The notes beneath the pieces were generated by a model. It was not told the DNA's origin. It saw only the letters and a program-made list of their open reading frames with translations, and did no database searches. A DNA stretch of 40,379 nucleotides from Armatimonadota bacterium (GTDB taxonomy: Bacteria; Sysuimicrobiota; Sysuimicrobiia; Sysuimicrobiales; Humicultoraceae), in NCBI GenBank assembly GCA_016198805.1, contig JACQHU010000045.1, positions 1 through 40,379 of the forward strand, in the 5' to 3' direction. The position numbers were made by a program, and so were the translations under genes. Shown here in pieces: positions 17,794 through 27,487 of the stretch (the stretch's first letter is position 1; each line of letters starts with the position of its first letter).

Positions 17794-17814
17794 CCTCTAC
17801 AGTAGCACGATCTG

Positions 17815-19434
17815 TCAAGGGGGCCGGCCTGCGGACCGGTCAAGCGCGCGGTACTGCAGGGCCTCAGCGACATGTGCGGATCGGATATGATCCGAACCGT
17901 CGAGGTCAGCGATGGCGCGCGCGACACACAGGACCCGCTCGGTCGCGCGCGCCCCGAGCATGAGCCGCTCGGCCGCGGAGCGCAGCACGCCCAGCGCGCC
18001 ATCGTCCACCGTGTCGATCCCCCGCCACCCGTGCGGGCCGGTCGGTATCGATCCACCACGTGCGGCCCGATGCGCGGCGCGTTCGCGCGCGGCGATCACG
18101 CGGTCCCGCACGCGCAGAGACGATTCTCCAGGGGGGCCGGCGAGCAGGGCGTCTGTGGGCGGCCTCGGCACCTCGAGATGCAGATCGATGCGGTCAAGCA
18201 GCGGACCGGAGACTCTGGCCAGGTACCGCTGCACCTGCCCGGGGGTACAGGTGCAGGTCCGGTGCGCATCGCCGCGGTACCCGCACGCGCAGGGGTTCAT
18301 GGCCGCCACGAGCATGAACCGCGCGGGGAAGCGCACCGCGCCATGCACGCGCGCCACCACCACCATACCGTCCTCCAGCGGCTGGCGCAGCCCTTCCAGC
18401 ACGTCGTGGCGAAACTCCGGCAGTTCGTCAAGGAATAGCACGCCGTGGTGCGCCAGCGTGATCTCGCCCGGCCGCGGTCCGCCGCCGCCGCCGATCATCG
18501 CCGACGCGCTCGCCGTATGGTGCGGCGTGCGAAAGGGTCGCTGCCAGATCAGGCCCGACCCCGCAGGCAACCGCCCGGCGACGCTGTAGATCTTTGTGAC
18601 CTCGACGGCCTCGACGCGCGAGAGCGCCGGCAGGATCGTGGGGAGCCGGCGCGCCAGCATGGTTTTGCCCACCCCCGGCGGCCCCACGAGCAACACATTG
18701 AGCCCGCCCGCCGCCGCGATCTCCAGGGCGCGACGCGCGGCCGGTTGTGCCCGCACGCTGGCGAGATCGAGCGATGACGTCTGCGCCGGTAGCGGCGGCG
18801 GCACCGTCGCCGCGGTCGGTGTGACGCGCCGCGCGCCGGTGAGGTGGTCGATGACGGCACGCAACGTGGGCAGCGCATAGACCGGCACCTCCTCCACCAC
18901 TGCGGCCTCAACCGCATTCGGCTCAGGCACGAGCAACCCGCGTGCGCCAAGCGCGCGTCCCGCCTGCGCGACCGGGAGGACGCCGGGGATCTGGCGCAGT
19001 GAGCCGTCCAGCGCCAGTTCCCCGATGGCCAGGTATCCCCTCACGGCCTCCTGCGACAGTTGCCCGGTGGCAATCAGCACGCCCAGCGCGATCGGCAGAT
19101 CGAGTCCGGGACCTTCCTTCCGCCGGTCTCCCGGCGCCAGGTTCACCACGGTCCGCCGCGGCGGCATCTCATAGCGCGAATTGCGGATCGCGGCCCGTAC
19201 CCGCTCGCGCGCCTCCTGCACCGCGGCGTCGGGCAGCCCGACGATCGCGAACGACGGCAGCCCCGGTCCGACATCGACCTCCACGGAGACGGGGAGCGCG
19301 TCGAGACCGACCAGGGTTGCGCTCATGACGGCGGCCAGCATGGCGGCGGCCTGTGCTCTCTCCCTTGGTATCGGCGCCGGCTGAGCCGGCGTGCAGGAGG
19401 TGACCGGCATGCCGCCCACAGGAGGCGCCAGCAT
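17815..19434 (-). CDS. comM: YifB/ComM-family Mg-chelatase-like AAA+ ATPase
   Basis: It has an N-terminal Lon-like domain (GLPSFAIVGLPDAAVQEARERV), a Walker A (LLVGPPGVGKTMLA) and LFLDELPEF. The start is uncertain (19434, 19341 or 19326), and none has a good SD. Confidence 0.85.
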   Translation of the reverse strand: MLAPPVGGMPVTSCTPAQPAPIPRERAQAAAMLAAVMSATLVGLDALPVSVEVDVGPGLPSFAIVGLPDAAVQEARERVRAAIRNSRYEMPPRRTVVNLAPGDRRKEGPGLDLPIALGVLIATGQLSQEAVRGYLAIGELALDGSLRQIPGVLPVAQAGRALGARGLLVPEPNAVEAAVVEEVPVYALPTLRAVIDHLTGARRVTPTAATVPPPLPAQTSSLDLASVRAQPAARRALEIAAAGGLNVLLVGPPGVGKTMLARRLPTILPALSRVEAVEVTKIYSVAGRLPAGSGLIWQRPFRTPHHTASASAMIGGGGGPRPGEITLAHHGVLFLDELPEFRHDVLEGLRQPLEDGMVVVARVHGAVRFPARFMLVAAMNPCACGYRGDAHRTCTCTPGQVQRYLARVSGPLLDRIDLHLEVPRPPTDALLAGPPGESSLRVRDRVIAARERAAHRAARGGSIPTGPHGWRGIDTVDDGALGVLRSAAERLMLGARATERVLCVARAIADLDGSDHIRSAHVAEALQYRALDRSAGRPP

Positions 19435-19460
19435 GCGGGTTGCAGGAGGGTGGAAGGCTC

Positions 19461-19489
19461 TTCCCAGGGCCCGGATCCGGGCATAAAAT
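19461..19489 (+). promoter_or_regulatory. Candidate promoter with an embedded perfect 14-bp palindrome (putative operator)
   Basis: The layout is TTCCCA (19461..19466), a 17-nt spacer, then TAAAAT (19484..19489). The spacer contains GCCCGGATCCGGGC (19469..19482), a perfect palindrome. A second -10-like TAGAAT (19514..19519) lies about 12 nt before the start codons. Confidence 0.35.
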
Positions 19490-19530
19490 CATAGAGGATT
19501 ACGTAGACTTCTTTAGAATTCTCCCTCCTG

Positions 19531-20217
19531 GTGATGGCCATGGAGAAATCGTCCGCCGGCCGCTGGCTCTCCCTGGGGCAGGCGGCCTCGATGCTGGGCG
19601 TCGATCAGGCCACGCTCCGCCACTGGGCCGACACGGGACGCGTCAGGACCTTCAGGACCCCGGGCGGGCACCGGCGGTTTCTCAAAGACGATCTGCACGC
19701 GCTCATTCAGCCCGAGGTCCCCCGGGTGGAAGACCTGCGCCCCCTGGTGGAACGCCGCAGCGCCAAGTTGCTGGCCGGCGCGCCGGCCAAACCGCTGCAG
19801 ACGCGGCCCTGGTTCGCGTCGCTCGATCCGCGTCTGCGCGAAAGCGCCCGGGAGCGCGGCCGGCAGCTCTTCGCCGCTCTGGTCCGGTTCATCGCCGAGC
19901 CCGGAGCGCGACGAACCATCCGCCAGGAGCTGCTCGAACAGGCGCGCGCGTACGGGGCCGAGTTGCACCAGGCCGGGGTCCGCCCGGCGGACGCCGCCGA
20001 GGCCTTCGGCTACTTCCGGCACCTGGTGCTCAAGATGATCACCGACCCCCGAGGCCGGGGCGGCATGCTGGACGAACGCCAGGTGCGCGCGCTGCTCGAC
20101 GTCAGCGATCTCCTCGATGTGGTCTTCCTCACAATGCTGCGAACCTGGGATGCAGGCCGCAAGCCGCGCCGAAAGGCCCATAGCGACGCGGACGGCCGGC
20201 AACTGGTGGAGCACTAG
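19531..20217 (+). CDS. HTH_17/MerR-like (excisionase-type) DNA-binding protein with an uncharacterised helical C-terminal domain
   Basis: The N-terminal WLSLGQAASMLGVDQATLRHWADTGRVRTFRTPGGHRRF is the excisionase-family HTH pattern. The C-terminal ~150 aa look all-helical and are GC3-rich coding. No SD precedes GTG 19531, ATG 19534 or ATG 19540. Confidence 0.65.
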   Translation: MMAMEKSSAGRWLSLGQAASMLGVDQATLRHWADTGRVRTFRTPGGHRRFLKDDLHALIQPEVPRVEDLRPLVERRSAKLLAGAPAKPLQTRPWFASLDPRLRESARERGRQLFAALVRFIAEPGARRTIRQELLEQARAYGAELHQAGVRPADAAEAFGYFRHLVLKMITDPRGRGGMLDERQVRALLDVSDLLDVVFLTMLRTWDAGRKPRRKAHSDADGRQLVEH

Positions 20218-20256
20218 CGTGAACGTGCACACCGGCATCGAAGAAGGCTGCGCGCC

Positions 20257-21162
20257 ATGCTGAAGGTCGGCACGCGTGGCAGCCCGCTGGCGCTCGCCAT
20301 GACCGCGCAGGTCGTCGAATCCCTGGAACGCCTGGGCCTGCGGTGCGAGATCGTCACGATCCGCACGCACGGCGACCGTCATCCCGACTCGCCCACGCGC
20401 GCGCTGGGGGCCGGCGCGTTCGTCAAAGACCTGGAAGTGGCGCTCACCGACGGCCGCATCGATCTGGCGGTGCACAGCGCGAAGGACCTGCACAACGACG
20501 CGACGCCCGGGGTCGTGGTGGCGGCCTTTCTTCCCAGAGAGGATCCGCGCGATGTCCTCGTGACGCGGGACGGCGTCACGCTTGGGGCGCTGCCGTCCGG
20601 CGCGGTGATCGGAACGGACAGCCCACGCCGGCGGGCCTTCCTGCTCGCGGCGCGTCACGATCTCCTGGTCCGCGGCATCCGCGGCAATGTGGACACCCGG
20701 CTGCGGAAGCTCGGCGCCGGCGAGGTGGATGCCGTCGTGCTGGCGGCGGCGGGCCTGGTCCGGCTCGGCCTGCTTCAGCGCGCCGTCGAGCGGCTCGACC
20801 CGTCGATCATGCTGCCCGCGGTGGGGCAGGGCGCAATTGCGGTCCAGACGCGGACAGACGCGCACGGCCTCCGCCGCCGCCTGGAAGCCGTTGACCATCT
20901 CCCCACCCACGCCGCGGTGGAGGCCGAGCGCGCGTTCGTCGGCGCGCTGGGCGGGACCTGTCAGACCGCGATCGCCGCGCTCGGGACAAGCGACGGACAG
21001 ACGCTGACCCTGGACGGCGCGGTGCTGGATCCGGACGGAACCCGAATGGTGCGCGACACCGCCACCGGTCCTGCAGTACTGTCCAGGGAGATCGGCGCCG
21101 AACTCGGCGCGCGCCTGCTGGCTCGGGGAGCACGCAGCCTGATGGTTGAGGTGGCCCCGTGA
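20257..21162 (+). CDS. hemC: Porphobilinogen deaminase (hydroxymethylbilane synthase)
   Basis: MLKVGTRGSPLALAMT... is HemC-like over its full length. Confidence 0.95.
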   Translation: MLKVGTRGSPLALAMTAQVVESLERLGLRCEIVTIRTHGDRHPDSPTRALGAGAFVKDLEVALTDGRIDLAVHSAKDLHNDATPGVVVAAFLPREDPRDVLVTRDGVTLGALPSGAVIGTDSPRRRAFLLAARHDLLVRGIRGNVDTRLRKLGAGEVDAVVLAAAGLVRLGLLQRAVERLDPSIMLPAVGQGAIAVQTRTDAHGLRRRLEAVDHLPTHAAVEAERAFVGALGGTCQTAIAALGTSDGQTLTLDGAVLDPDGTRMVRDTATGPAVLSREIGAELGARLLARGARSLMVEVAP

Positions 21163-22001
21163 GGGCGACGGCACGCCCGCCCTCGCGCCGCCGCACCAGA
21201 CAACGGCGTCCGCTGGCCGGCCGGCGGATTCTGGTGACGCGGCCGCGCGCGCAGAGCCGCGATCTGTGCGCGCGGCTTCGGAGCCTGGGCGCGTTGGCCA
21301 TCGCCGTCCCCACCATTGACATCGTGGCTCCCTCACCCGGCGGGCCGCTGGACCGGGCTCTGTGTGCTGTGGACCGCTACGACTGGGTCGTGGTCACCAG
21401 CCCGAACGGCGCGCACGCCTGCCTGTCGCGCGCCCGGGCCCTGGGTGTCCCCCTGCACAGGGCGGCCGTGCGCTGGGCCGCTGTCGGACCGGCCACGGCC
21501 GCCGCCCTGCGCGCCGCCGGCATCCCCGTGGCCATGATCCCATCTCGCTACCTCACGGCCGCCATCGCGCGTGAACTCCGCGACGTCGCCGGGCGCCGGA
21601 TTCTCCTGCCCCGCACGGACGCGGCGTCGCCCACCCTGGCCGAGGAGCTGCGCGCCCGCGGCGCAGTCGTCGACCAGATCACGGCCTACCGGACCGTGCT
21701 GGCGCCCCTCCGCCATGGTTCTCGCCTGCGCCGCCTGGTGACGGCGCACGCCGTGGACACGATTCTCTTGACCAGCGCGTCGACCGTGAACGGCCTGGTG
21801 CGGCTGCTGGGCCGGGCGCGCACAGACCTGGCGGAGATGACGATCGCCTGTATCGGCCCGATCACGGCCGCCGCAGCGGCTGCCGCCGGGCTGCGGCCGG
21901 ACGTCGTGGCCCGGGAACATACCGTCGAGGGACTCATCCAGGCGTTGCTGACGACGCAACCCAAAGGAGGTCGTTATGCCGCGCACCGCGTTGCACGCTG
22001 A
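21159..22001 (+). CDS. hemD: Uroporphyrinogen-III synthase (stand-alone, not fused to cobA)
   Basis: The pattern [34 protein letters not shown]...[10 protein letters not shown] is HemD-like. There is a GTGA overlap with the hemC stop. Confidence 0.85.
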   Translation: MRATARPPSRRRTRQRRPLAGRRILVTRPRAQSRDLCARLRSLGALAIAVPTIDIVAPSPGGPLDRALCAVDRYDWVVVTSPNGAHACLSRARALGVPLHRAAVRWAAVGPATAAALRAAGIPVAMIPSRYLTAAIARELRDVAGRRILLPRTDAASPTLAEELRARGAVVDQITAYRTVLAPLRHGSRLRRLVTAHAVDTILLTSASTVNGLVRLLGRARTDLAEMTIACIGPITAAAAAAAGLRPDVVAREHTVEGLIQALLTTQPKGGRYAAHRVAR

Positions 22002-23010
22002 CCTGATCCGCCGCCCCAGGCGTCTGCGCCGGACCCCCGCCCTGCGGACGCTCGCGCGCGAGACGCGCTGGAACCCCGGCGGCCTGGTCGCGCCGCTGTT
22101 CGTGCGTCCGGGACGGGGCGTGCGCGAGCCGATCGCCAGCCTGCCCGGCCAGATACGGTGTTCTCCCGACGAACTGCTCCGCGAGGTCGACCGCCTGCGC
22201 AGGTGCGGGATCGGGGCGGTCCTGCTCTTCGGAATTCCCGAAACAAAGTTTCCGGACGGGCGAGAGGCCTACGCGGAGAGCGGCATCGTCCAGGAGGCGG
22301 TGCGCGGCCTCCGGCGTCTGCACCCGGGGCTGGTGATCATCACCGATGTCTGCCTGTGCGCCTACAGCGACCATGGCCACTGCGGCCTGGTGCGCGACGG
22401 CGAGATCGACAACGACTCCACGCTGGACCTGCTCGGGCGCACGGCGGTCTCGCACGCTGCTGCAGGCGCCGACATCGTGGCCCCCAGCGCCATGATGGAT
22501 GGACAGGTCGGCGCGATCCGGGAGGCTCTGGATACGGCAGGGTTCCCCGAGGTCGCGATCATGGGATACTCGGCCAAGTACGCCTCGGCCTTCTACGGCC
22601 CGTTCCGCGACGCGGCGGACTCGGCCCCGCAGTTCGGCGACCGGCGATCGTATCAGATGGATCCTCCCAACGTCCGCGAGGCGCTGCGAGAGATTGCGCT
22701 GGACATCGAGCAGGGCGCCGATATCGTGATGGTCAAACCGGCGCTGTGTTACCTGGACGTCATCCGTGCCGCGCGCGAGGCCACTACGGTCCCCCTCGCG
22801 GCGTACTGGGTCAGCGGCGAGTACGCCATGGTCAAAGCCGCTGCCGCCGCCGGGTGGCTGGATGAGCGACGGGCCGTGTTTGAGGTGCTTGGGGCGATCC
22901 GGCGCGCGGGCGCGGACCTGATCATCACCTACGCGGCGGCCGATGCGGCGCGTTGGATGGCCGCATCCGCCGCCGACGCGGAGGCGGCGCTCGATCGGTC
23001 TGGAGGATGA
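21976..23010 (+). CDS. hemB: Porphobilinogen synthase (ALA dehydratase), Zn-type
   Basis: It has a Cys-rich metal site [14 protein letters not shown] and the active-site region MVKPAL.YLD. The SD AAGGAGG lies 5 nt upstream of ATG 21976. Confidence 0.95.
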   Translation: MPRTALHADLIRRPRRLRRTPALRTLARETRWNPGGLVAPLFVRPGRGVREPIASLPGQIRCSPDELLREVDRLRRCGIGAVLLFGIPETKFPDGREAYAESGIVQEAVRGLRRLHPGLVIITDVCLCAYSDHGHCGLVRDGEIDNDSTLDLLGRTAVSHAAAGADIVAPSAMMDGQVGAIREALDTAGFPEVAIMGYSAKYASAFYGPFRDAADSAPQFGDRRSYQMDPPNVREALREIALDIEQGADIVMVKPALCYLDVIRAAREATTVPLAAYWVSGEYAMVKAAAAAGWLDERRAVFEVLGAIRRAGADLIITYAAADAARWMAASAADAEAALDRSGG

Positions 23011-23018
23011 CCTGCCCG

Positions 23019-24296
23019 ATGCGACTCTCGGCCCTCGGGCTCAATCATAAGACCTCACCCATCGCGGTCCGTGAGCGCATCGCGTTCGCCGACCGGGAGA
23101 TTCTGCCCGCGCTCACAGGCCTGCGCGGGCTTCGCGGGATCACCGAATGTCTCCTGCTGTCCACGTGCAACCGCACGGAAGTGTATCTCGTCACCGCCCT
23201 GGATCCGCCGATCGGGGAAGTCAGCGAGCTTCTCGGGACCTTGCGCGGCGTGCCGGCAGCGGTGTTTGCCCCGGCCTTCTACGTCCACCACGACCTCGAG
23301 GCCGCCAGGCATGCGCTGCGGGTGGCCGCCGGGCTCGACTCCATGGTCGTGGGGGAAGAACAGATTCTCGGTCAGGTGCGGCGAGCCTTCGACGTCGCCC
23401 GGGGTGCCAGCGTCACCGGCCCGGTGCTGAACCGGCTGATGCAGCTCGCCATCGCCACCGGACGCCGGGTGCGGCGCGAGACCGAGCTGTCGCGCCACGC
23501 GCCGTCGATCCCGCGCGCCGCCCTCGCGCTGTGCCAGCGGGCCCTGGGATCGGTCCGCGGCCGGCAGGTGCTGGTCGTCGGCGCCGGCAAGACCGCATCG
23601 CTGGCGAGCACCGTGTTCGCCGCCGCCGGCGCCACCATTGCCGCGATAGCGAATCGCACGCCAGACGGCGCTCGCACCCTGGCCGGGCGCGTGGGCGCGC
23701 AGCCGATATCTCTGGATCAGCTCCCGCAGGCCCTCGACGGCGCGGACATCGTGGTGGTGTGCGCGGGTGCGGCGGCACCGATCGTCACCAGGGAGATGCT
23801 GGCGCGCGCGATCGGCCGCCGGGCTCCGCTGCTGGTCGCTGACCTGGGCATGCCCCGCGGAGTCGACCCCGCGGCCGCTGGCCTCCCCGGGGTGACCCTG
23901 CACACCCTGGATGCGCTGCCGGCCCCGGCGGCCCTGCCCTCGATCCCGGCGGACCATCTCGCCCGGGCCGATGAGATCGTCGAAGAGGCCCTGAGCCGAT
24001 TTGAGTCGTGGATCGCCTCGCGGGCGGCAGTGCCGGTCATCGAAGCGCTGCGCCAGCAGGTCGAAGCCATCGTCACGGCGGAACTGGCCCGCGCTCGCCC
24101 ACGGCTGCGAGATCTTGACGCCGATCAGCGCGAGACGGTGCGTGTCATCGTCGAGGCGGTGGCCCACAAACTCCTGCACACGCCCATCGTGCGGCTCCGG
24201 GAATCGGCCGCCCGCCGCGACGCGTTGATCCTGGAATCGGCGAAGGAACTGTTCGGCCTGGACGCACGCGCGCCGGAACCCGGAGGGATTCGATGA
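23019..24296 (+). CDS. hemA: Glutamyl-tRNA reductase
   Basis: MRLSALGLNHKTSPIAVRERIAF...LLSTCNRTEVY identifies HemA. The start is ATG 23019 (GGAGG 12 nt upstream) or ATG 23007 (ATGA overlap with the hemB stop). The ORF-track start 22953 lies inside hemB. Confidence 0.9.
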   Translation: MRLSALGLNHKTSPIAVRERIAFADREILPALTGLRGLRGITECLLLSTCNRTEVYLVTALDPPIGEVSELLGTLRGVPAAVFAPAFYVHHDLEAARHALRVAAGLDSMVVGEEQILGQVRRAFDVARGASVTGPVLNRLMQLAIATGRRVRRETELSRHAPSIPRAALALCQRALGSVRGRQVLVVGAGKTASLASTVFAAAGATIAAIANRTPDGARTLAGRVGAQPISLDQLPQALDGADIVVVCAGAAAPIVTREMLARAIGRRAPLLVADLGMPRGVDPAAAGLPGVTLHTLDALPAPAALPSIPADHLARADEIVEEALSRFESWIASRAAVPVIEALRQQVEAIVTAELARARPRLRDLDADQRETVRVIVEAVAHKLLHTPIVRLRESAARRDALILESAKELFGLDARAPEPGGIR

Positions 24297-25594
24297 CGCA
24301 TCCCGTCACCTCCGGCCCGCGGTCGGAGGCGATCTTTGCGGACAGCGAGGGCTACTTCCCGGGCGGCGTCAACAGCCCGGTGAGGGCGTTTCGCGCGGTC
24401 GGCGGCCGTCCCGTCGTCATTCGCCAGGGGCGCGGATCACGGGTGACCGACGTCGACGGACGCGAGCTGCTGGACTACATCGGCTCCTGGGGTGCCCTGC
24501 TCCTGGGCCACGCGGCCGACGACGTCGTCGCGGCTCTTCGGGAGGCGACAATCCGGGGCACCAGTTTTGGGATGACCACACCCTACGAGGTGGAGCTGGC
24601 CCGCCTGATCCGCGCCGCCGTCCCGTCGATGGCGGTCATGCGATTCGTGAACTCGGGCACCGAAGCGGCGATGAGCGCGATTCGCCTGGCCCGTGGGTTC
24701 ACGGGTCGGGACAAGATCGTCAAGTTCGCCGGGTGCTATCACGGCCATGCGGATCCGCTGCTCGCCGAGGCCGGCTCGGGCCTGGCCACCTTCGGCCTTC
24801 CGAGCAGCGCCGGCGTGCCCGGGGCTGCGGTAGCCGGCACGCTGGTCGCCCCCTACAACGATCTGGCCGCGGTGCAGGCAATCTTCGCCGCGCATCCCGA
24901 GACCATTGCCGCCGTCATCGTGGAACCGGTGGCGGCCAACATGGGCGTGGTGCGCCCGGCCCAGGGGTTCCTGGAAGGGCTGCGCGAGATTGCCACCCGC
25001 GATGGCGCGCTGCTCATCTTCGACGAGATCATCACCGGGTTTCGGGTCGCGCGGGGTGGCGCCCAGGCGCGCTACGGCGTCACGCCCGACTTGACGTGCC
25101 TGGGCAAGATCATCGGCGGGGGCCTGCCCATGGGAGCCTACGGCGGGCGGCGAGACATCATGGATATGGTGGCTCCCCTGGGACCCGTGTATCAGGCGGG
25201 AACGCTGGCCGGGAACCCGCTGGTCGTCGCAGCCGGGATCGCCACCCTCCGGCGGCTTGTTGATCCCGCCGTGTATGCGTCGCTCGAGAGGGAGACCGCG
25301 CGCCTGGCCGAGGGTCTGGCCGACGCCGCGGCGCGGGCGGCGGCGCGGGTCTCCGTCGTCCGGGAGGCCTCGATGCTGACGGTGTTCTTCACGGACACGC
25401 TGCCCCTCGATTACGGGGCGGCCCGGGCGGCGGACCTCACCCGGTTCGCGCGGTTCTTTCATGCTATGCTGGGGCGCGGAGTGCTGCTCCCGCCGTCACA
25501 GTTCGAGGCGTGGTTCGTGTCGGCGGCCCACACCGATGCGGATATTGCCGACACCCTGAAGGCCGCGCGCGCCGCGTTTCTTGAGATCGGGTGA
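24293..25594 (+). CDS. hemL: Glutamate-1-semialdehyde 2,1-aminomutase
   Basis: FPGGVNSPVRAF...DVDGRELLDYIGSWGALLLGH...LGKIIGGGLP (PLP lysine region) identifies HemL. The SD GGAGGG lies upstream. Confidence 0.95.
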   Translation: MTHPVTSGPRSEAIFADSEGYFPGGVNSPVRAFRAVGGRPVVIRQGRGSRVTDVDGRELLDYIGSWGALLLGHAADDVVAALREATIRGTSFGMTTPYEVELARLIRAAVPSMAVMRFVNSGTEAAMSAIRLARGFTGRDKIVKFAGCYHGHADPLLAEAGSGLATFGLPSSAGVPGAAVAGTLVAPYNDLAAVQAIFAAHPETIAAVIVEPVAANMGVVRPAQGFLEGLREIATRDGALLIFDEIITGFRVARGGAQARYGVTPDLTCLGKIIGGGLPMGAYGGRRDIMDMVAPLGPVYQAGTLAGNPLVVAAGIATLRRLVDPAVYASLERETARLAEGLADAAARAAARVSVVREASMLTVFFTDTLPLDYGAARAADLTRFARFFHAMLGRGVLLPPSQFEAWFVSAAHTDADIADTLKAARAAFLEIG

Positions 25595-25671
25595 CGGCCG
25601 GGGACGAGATCGCGCCCGGGAGGAGCGGACGGCCCGGCTGGTCGTCCTCGTTGCAGGCGGAGGACCGAAAG

Positions 25672-26376
25672 ATGGACGAACCGTGGAATGCCGTACATGT
25701 GCTGGCGCTCAAGCTCGAGCCCGCGTGGCGGCGGCTGCCGGACGAGGCCCGCCTGCAGGACGCGGTCGGGTTCCTGGCGGCGGCCGACGCCGCGGCCGAA
25801 CGCGTCCGGACCTTCACCTACTCCATGGTCGGGCTTCGGGCCGACGCCGACCTGCTGTTCTGGCGGCTGGGTCCTTCGGTGCAGGCGCTGGAAGAGACCG
25901 CCGCGGATCTGCTCCAGGCGGGCCTGGGTCGCTCCCTGACGGTCGCGCAGGCGCTGATGGGGCTGGTGCGGCCGTCGGCCTACGTCAGGAAGCAGACCAC
26001 GCAAGAGCAGGCGATGTTCGCCGGGGAGCGGGCCGCGTACCTGATCGTCTACCCGTTCGTGAAGTCGACGGAGTGGTATCTGACCGATCACGAAGAACGC
26101 CAGCGCATGATGAACGAACACATGCGCGTCGGCCACCAGTATCCCATGGTGCGGCAGTTGCTGGCCTATTCGTTCGGGCTGGACGACCAGGAGTTCATCG
26201 TGGCGTACGAGACGGACGACCTGGTGGCCTTTCAGGACTTGGTGGCCGCGCTGCGGGCCACCGAAGGGCGACGCTACACCGTGCGAGACACCCCCATCCT
26301 GGTGGGAATCCACCGGCCCCTGGCCGAGATCCTGGCCCTGCTCGGCGCGCCGGTCGCGGCGCGCGTGCGGCCGTGA
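25672..26376 (+). CDS. hemQ: Chlorite-dismutase-family coproheme decarboxylase (HemQ/ChdC)
   Basis: The protein is HemQ-like by length and motifs (YLIVYPFVKSTEWYL...ERQRMMNEHMRVG). The start is trimmed to ATG 25672, with GGAGGA 8 nt upstream. Its position between hemL and hemE supports the call. Confidence 0.8.
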   Translation: MDEPWNAVHVLALKLEPAWRRLPDEARLQDAVGFLAAADAAAERVRTFTYSMVGLRADADLLFWRLGPSVQALEETAADLLQAGLGRSLTVAQALMGLVRPSAYVRKQTTQEQAMFAGERAAYLIVYPFVKSTEWYLTDHEERQRMMNEHMRVGHQYPMVRQLLAYSFGLDDQEFIVAYETDDLVAFQDLVAALRATEGRRYTVRDTPILVGIHRPLAEILALLGAPVAARVRP

Positions 26377-26386
26377 CGGCCCGACG

Positions 26387-27487
26387 GTGACCGACCGGTT
26401 CCTGCGCGCCTGCCGGCGCGAGGCCACGGACCGGACGCCGGTCTGGTTCATGCGCCAGGCCGGACGGTACCAGCCCGAGTACCGTGCGCTCCGTGAGCGC
26501 TACTCGCTGCTGGACCTGTGCCGCACACCAGAGCTGTGCGCCCAGGTCACGCTGCTGCCCGTGACGCAGTTAGGCGTCGACGCCGCGATCCTGTTCTCCG
26601 ACATCACCCTCCCGCTGCTCGGGCTGGGTGTCCCGTTCGAGATCGTCGAGGGCACGGGCCCGGTGATCGGGCGGCCGGTACGCACCGAGGCGGATATTGA
26701 GGCGCTGCGGGTTATTGACCCTGAGCGCGACGTGCCGTTCGTGCCGGAGGCGATCCGCCTGATCCGACAGGAGGCGCCCGTGCCGCTCATCGGGTTCGCC
26801 GGGGCCCCCTTCACCCTGGCCAGCTATCTGATTGAAGGCCGCGGATCGCGGGATCTGCCGGCGACCAAACGCATGCTGCATGGTGCCCCAACGCTATGGG
26901 CGCGCTTGATGGCGCGCCTCACCGAGGCCACCCTCGCCTACCTGCGCGCGCAGATCACGGCCGGCGTCCAGGCGGTGCAGCTGTTCGACTCCTGGGTCGG
27001 TGCGCTCTCGCCCCGGGACTACGAAGCGGCGGTGCTCCCATCCATGCGCCGCCTCTTCGGTGCGCTGCAGACCACGGGTATCCCGACCATCCATTTCGGG
27101 GTCGGCACCGCGGGGCTGCTGCCGCTGATGGCCGGCGCGGGCGGCGACATCATCGGCGTCGACTGGCGGATTCGACTCGGCGACGCCTGGGCGCGGATTC
27201 GCCAGGCCGGCAGTCAGACCGGCATCATGGGAAACCTGGATCCCGCGGTCCTGCTGGCGCCATTCGAGGCGGTCGACGCCGCATCCCGCGAGATCCTGGC
27301 CGATGCCGGGGGCCGGAGGGGACACATCTTCAACCTGGGGCACGGGGTGCTGCCTGAAACGCCCGTCGATTACCTGCGCCGGCTGGTCGATCTGGTGCAT
27401 GAGGTGTCCGCGGGTCCGGCGGCTTCCACCATTGGCGCCGCCTCTCCGGCGGAGCGCGCCTCAGGAGGGCGCGGCATCGGGTCATGA
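26387..27487 (+). CDS. hemE: Uroporphyrinogen decarboxylase
   Basis: RFLRACRREATDRTPVWFMRQAGRYQPEYR is the canonical HemE N-terminus. The start is GTG. Confidence 0.95.
   Translation: MTDRFLRACRREATDRTPVWFMRQAGRYQPEYRALRERYSLLDLCRTPELCAQVTLLPVTQLGVDAAILFSDITLPLLGLGVPFEIVEGTGPVIGRPVRTEADIEALRVIDPERDVPFVPEAIRLIRQEAPVPLIGFAGAPFTLASYLIEGRGSRDLPATKRMLHGAPTLWARLMARLTEATLAYLRAQITAGVQAVQLFDSWVGALSPRDYEAAVLPSMRRLFGALQTTGIPTIHFGVGTAGLLPLMAGAGGDIIGVDWRIRLGDAWARIRQAGSQTGIMGNLDPAVLLAPFEAVDAASREILADAGGRRGHIFNLGHGVLPETPVDYLRRLVDLVHEVSAGPAASTIGAASPAERASGGRGIGS

Noticed and set aside
17815-19434. A Mg-chelatase-like gene next to the haem cluster, considered as a possible (bacterio)chlorophyll or cobalt chelatase subunit.
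   Set aside because: The architecture (Lon-like N-domain plus AAA+, about 500 aa) and its position upstream of dprA-topA identify it as YifB/ComM. It is divergently transcribed from the hem genes, so the adjacency is most simply explained by the operon insertion.
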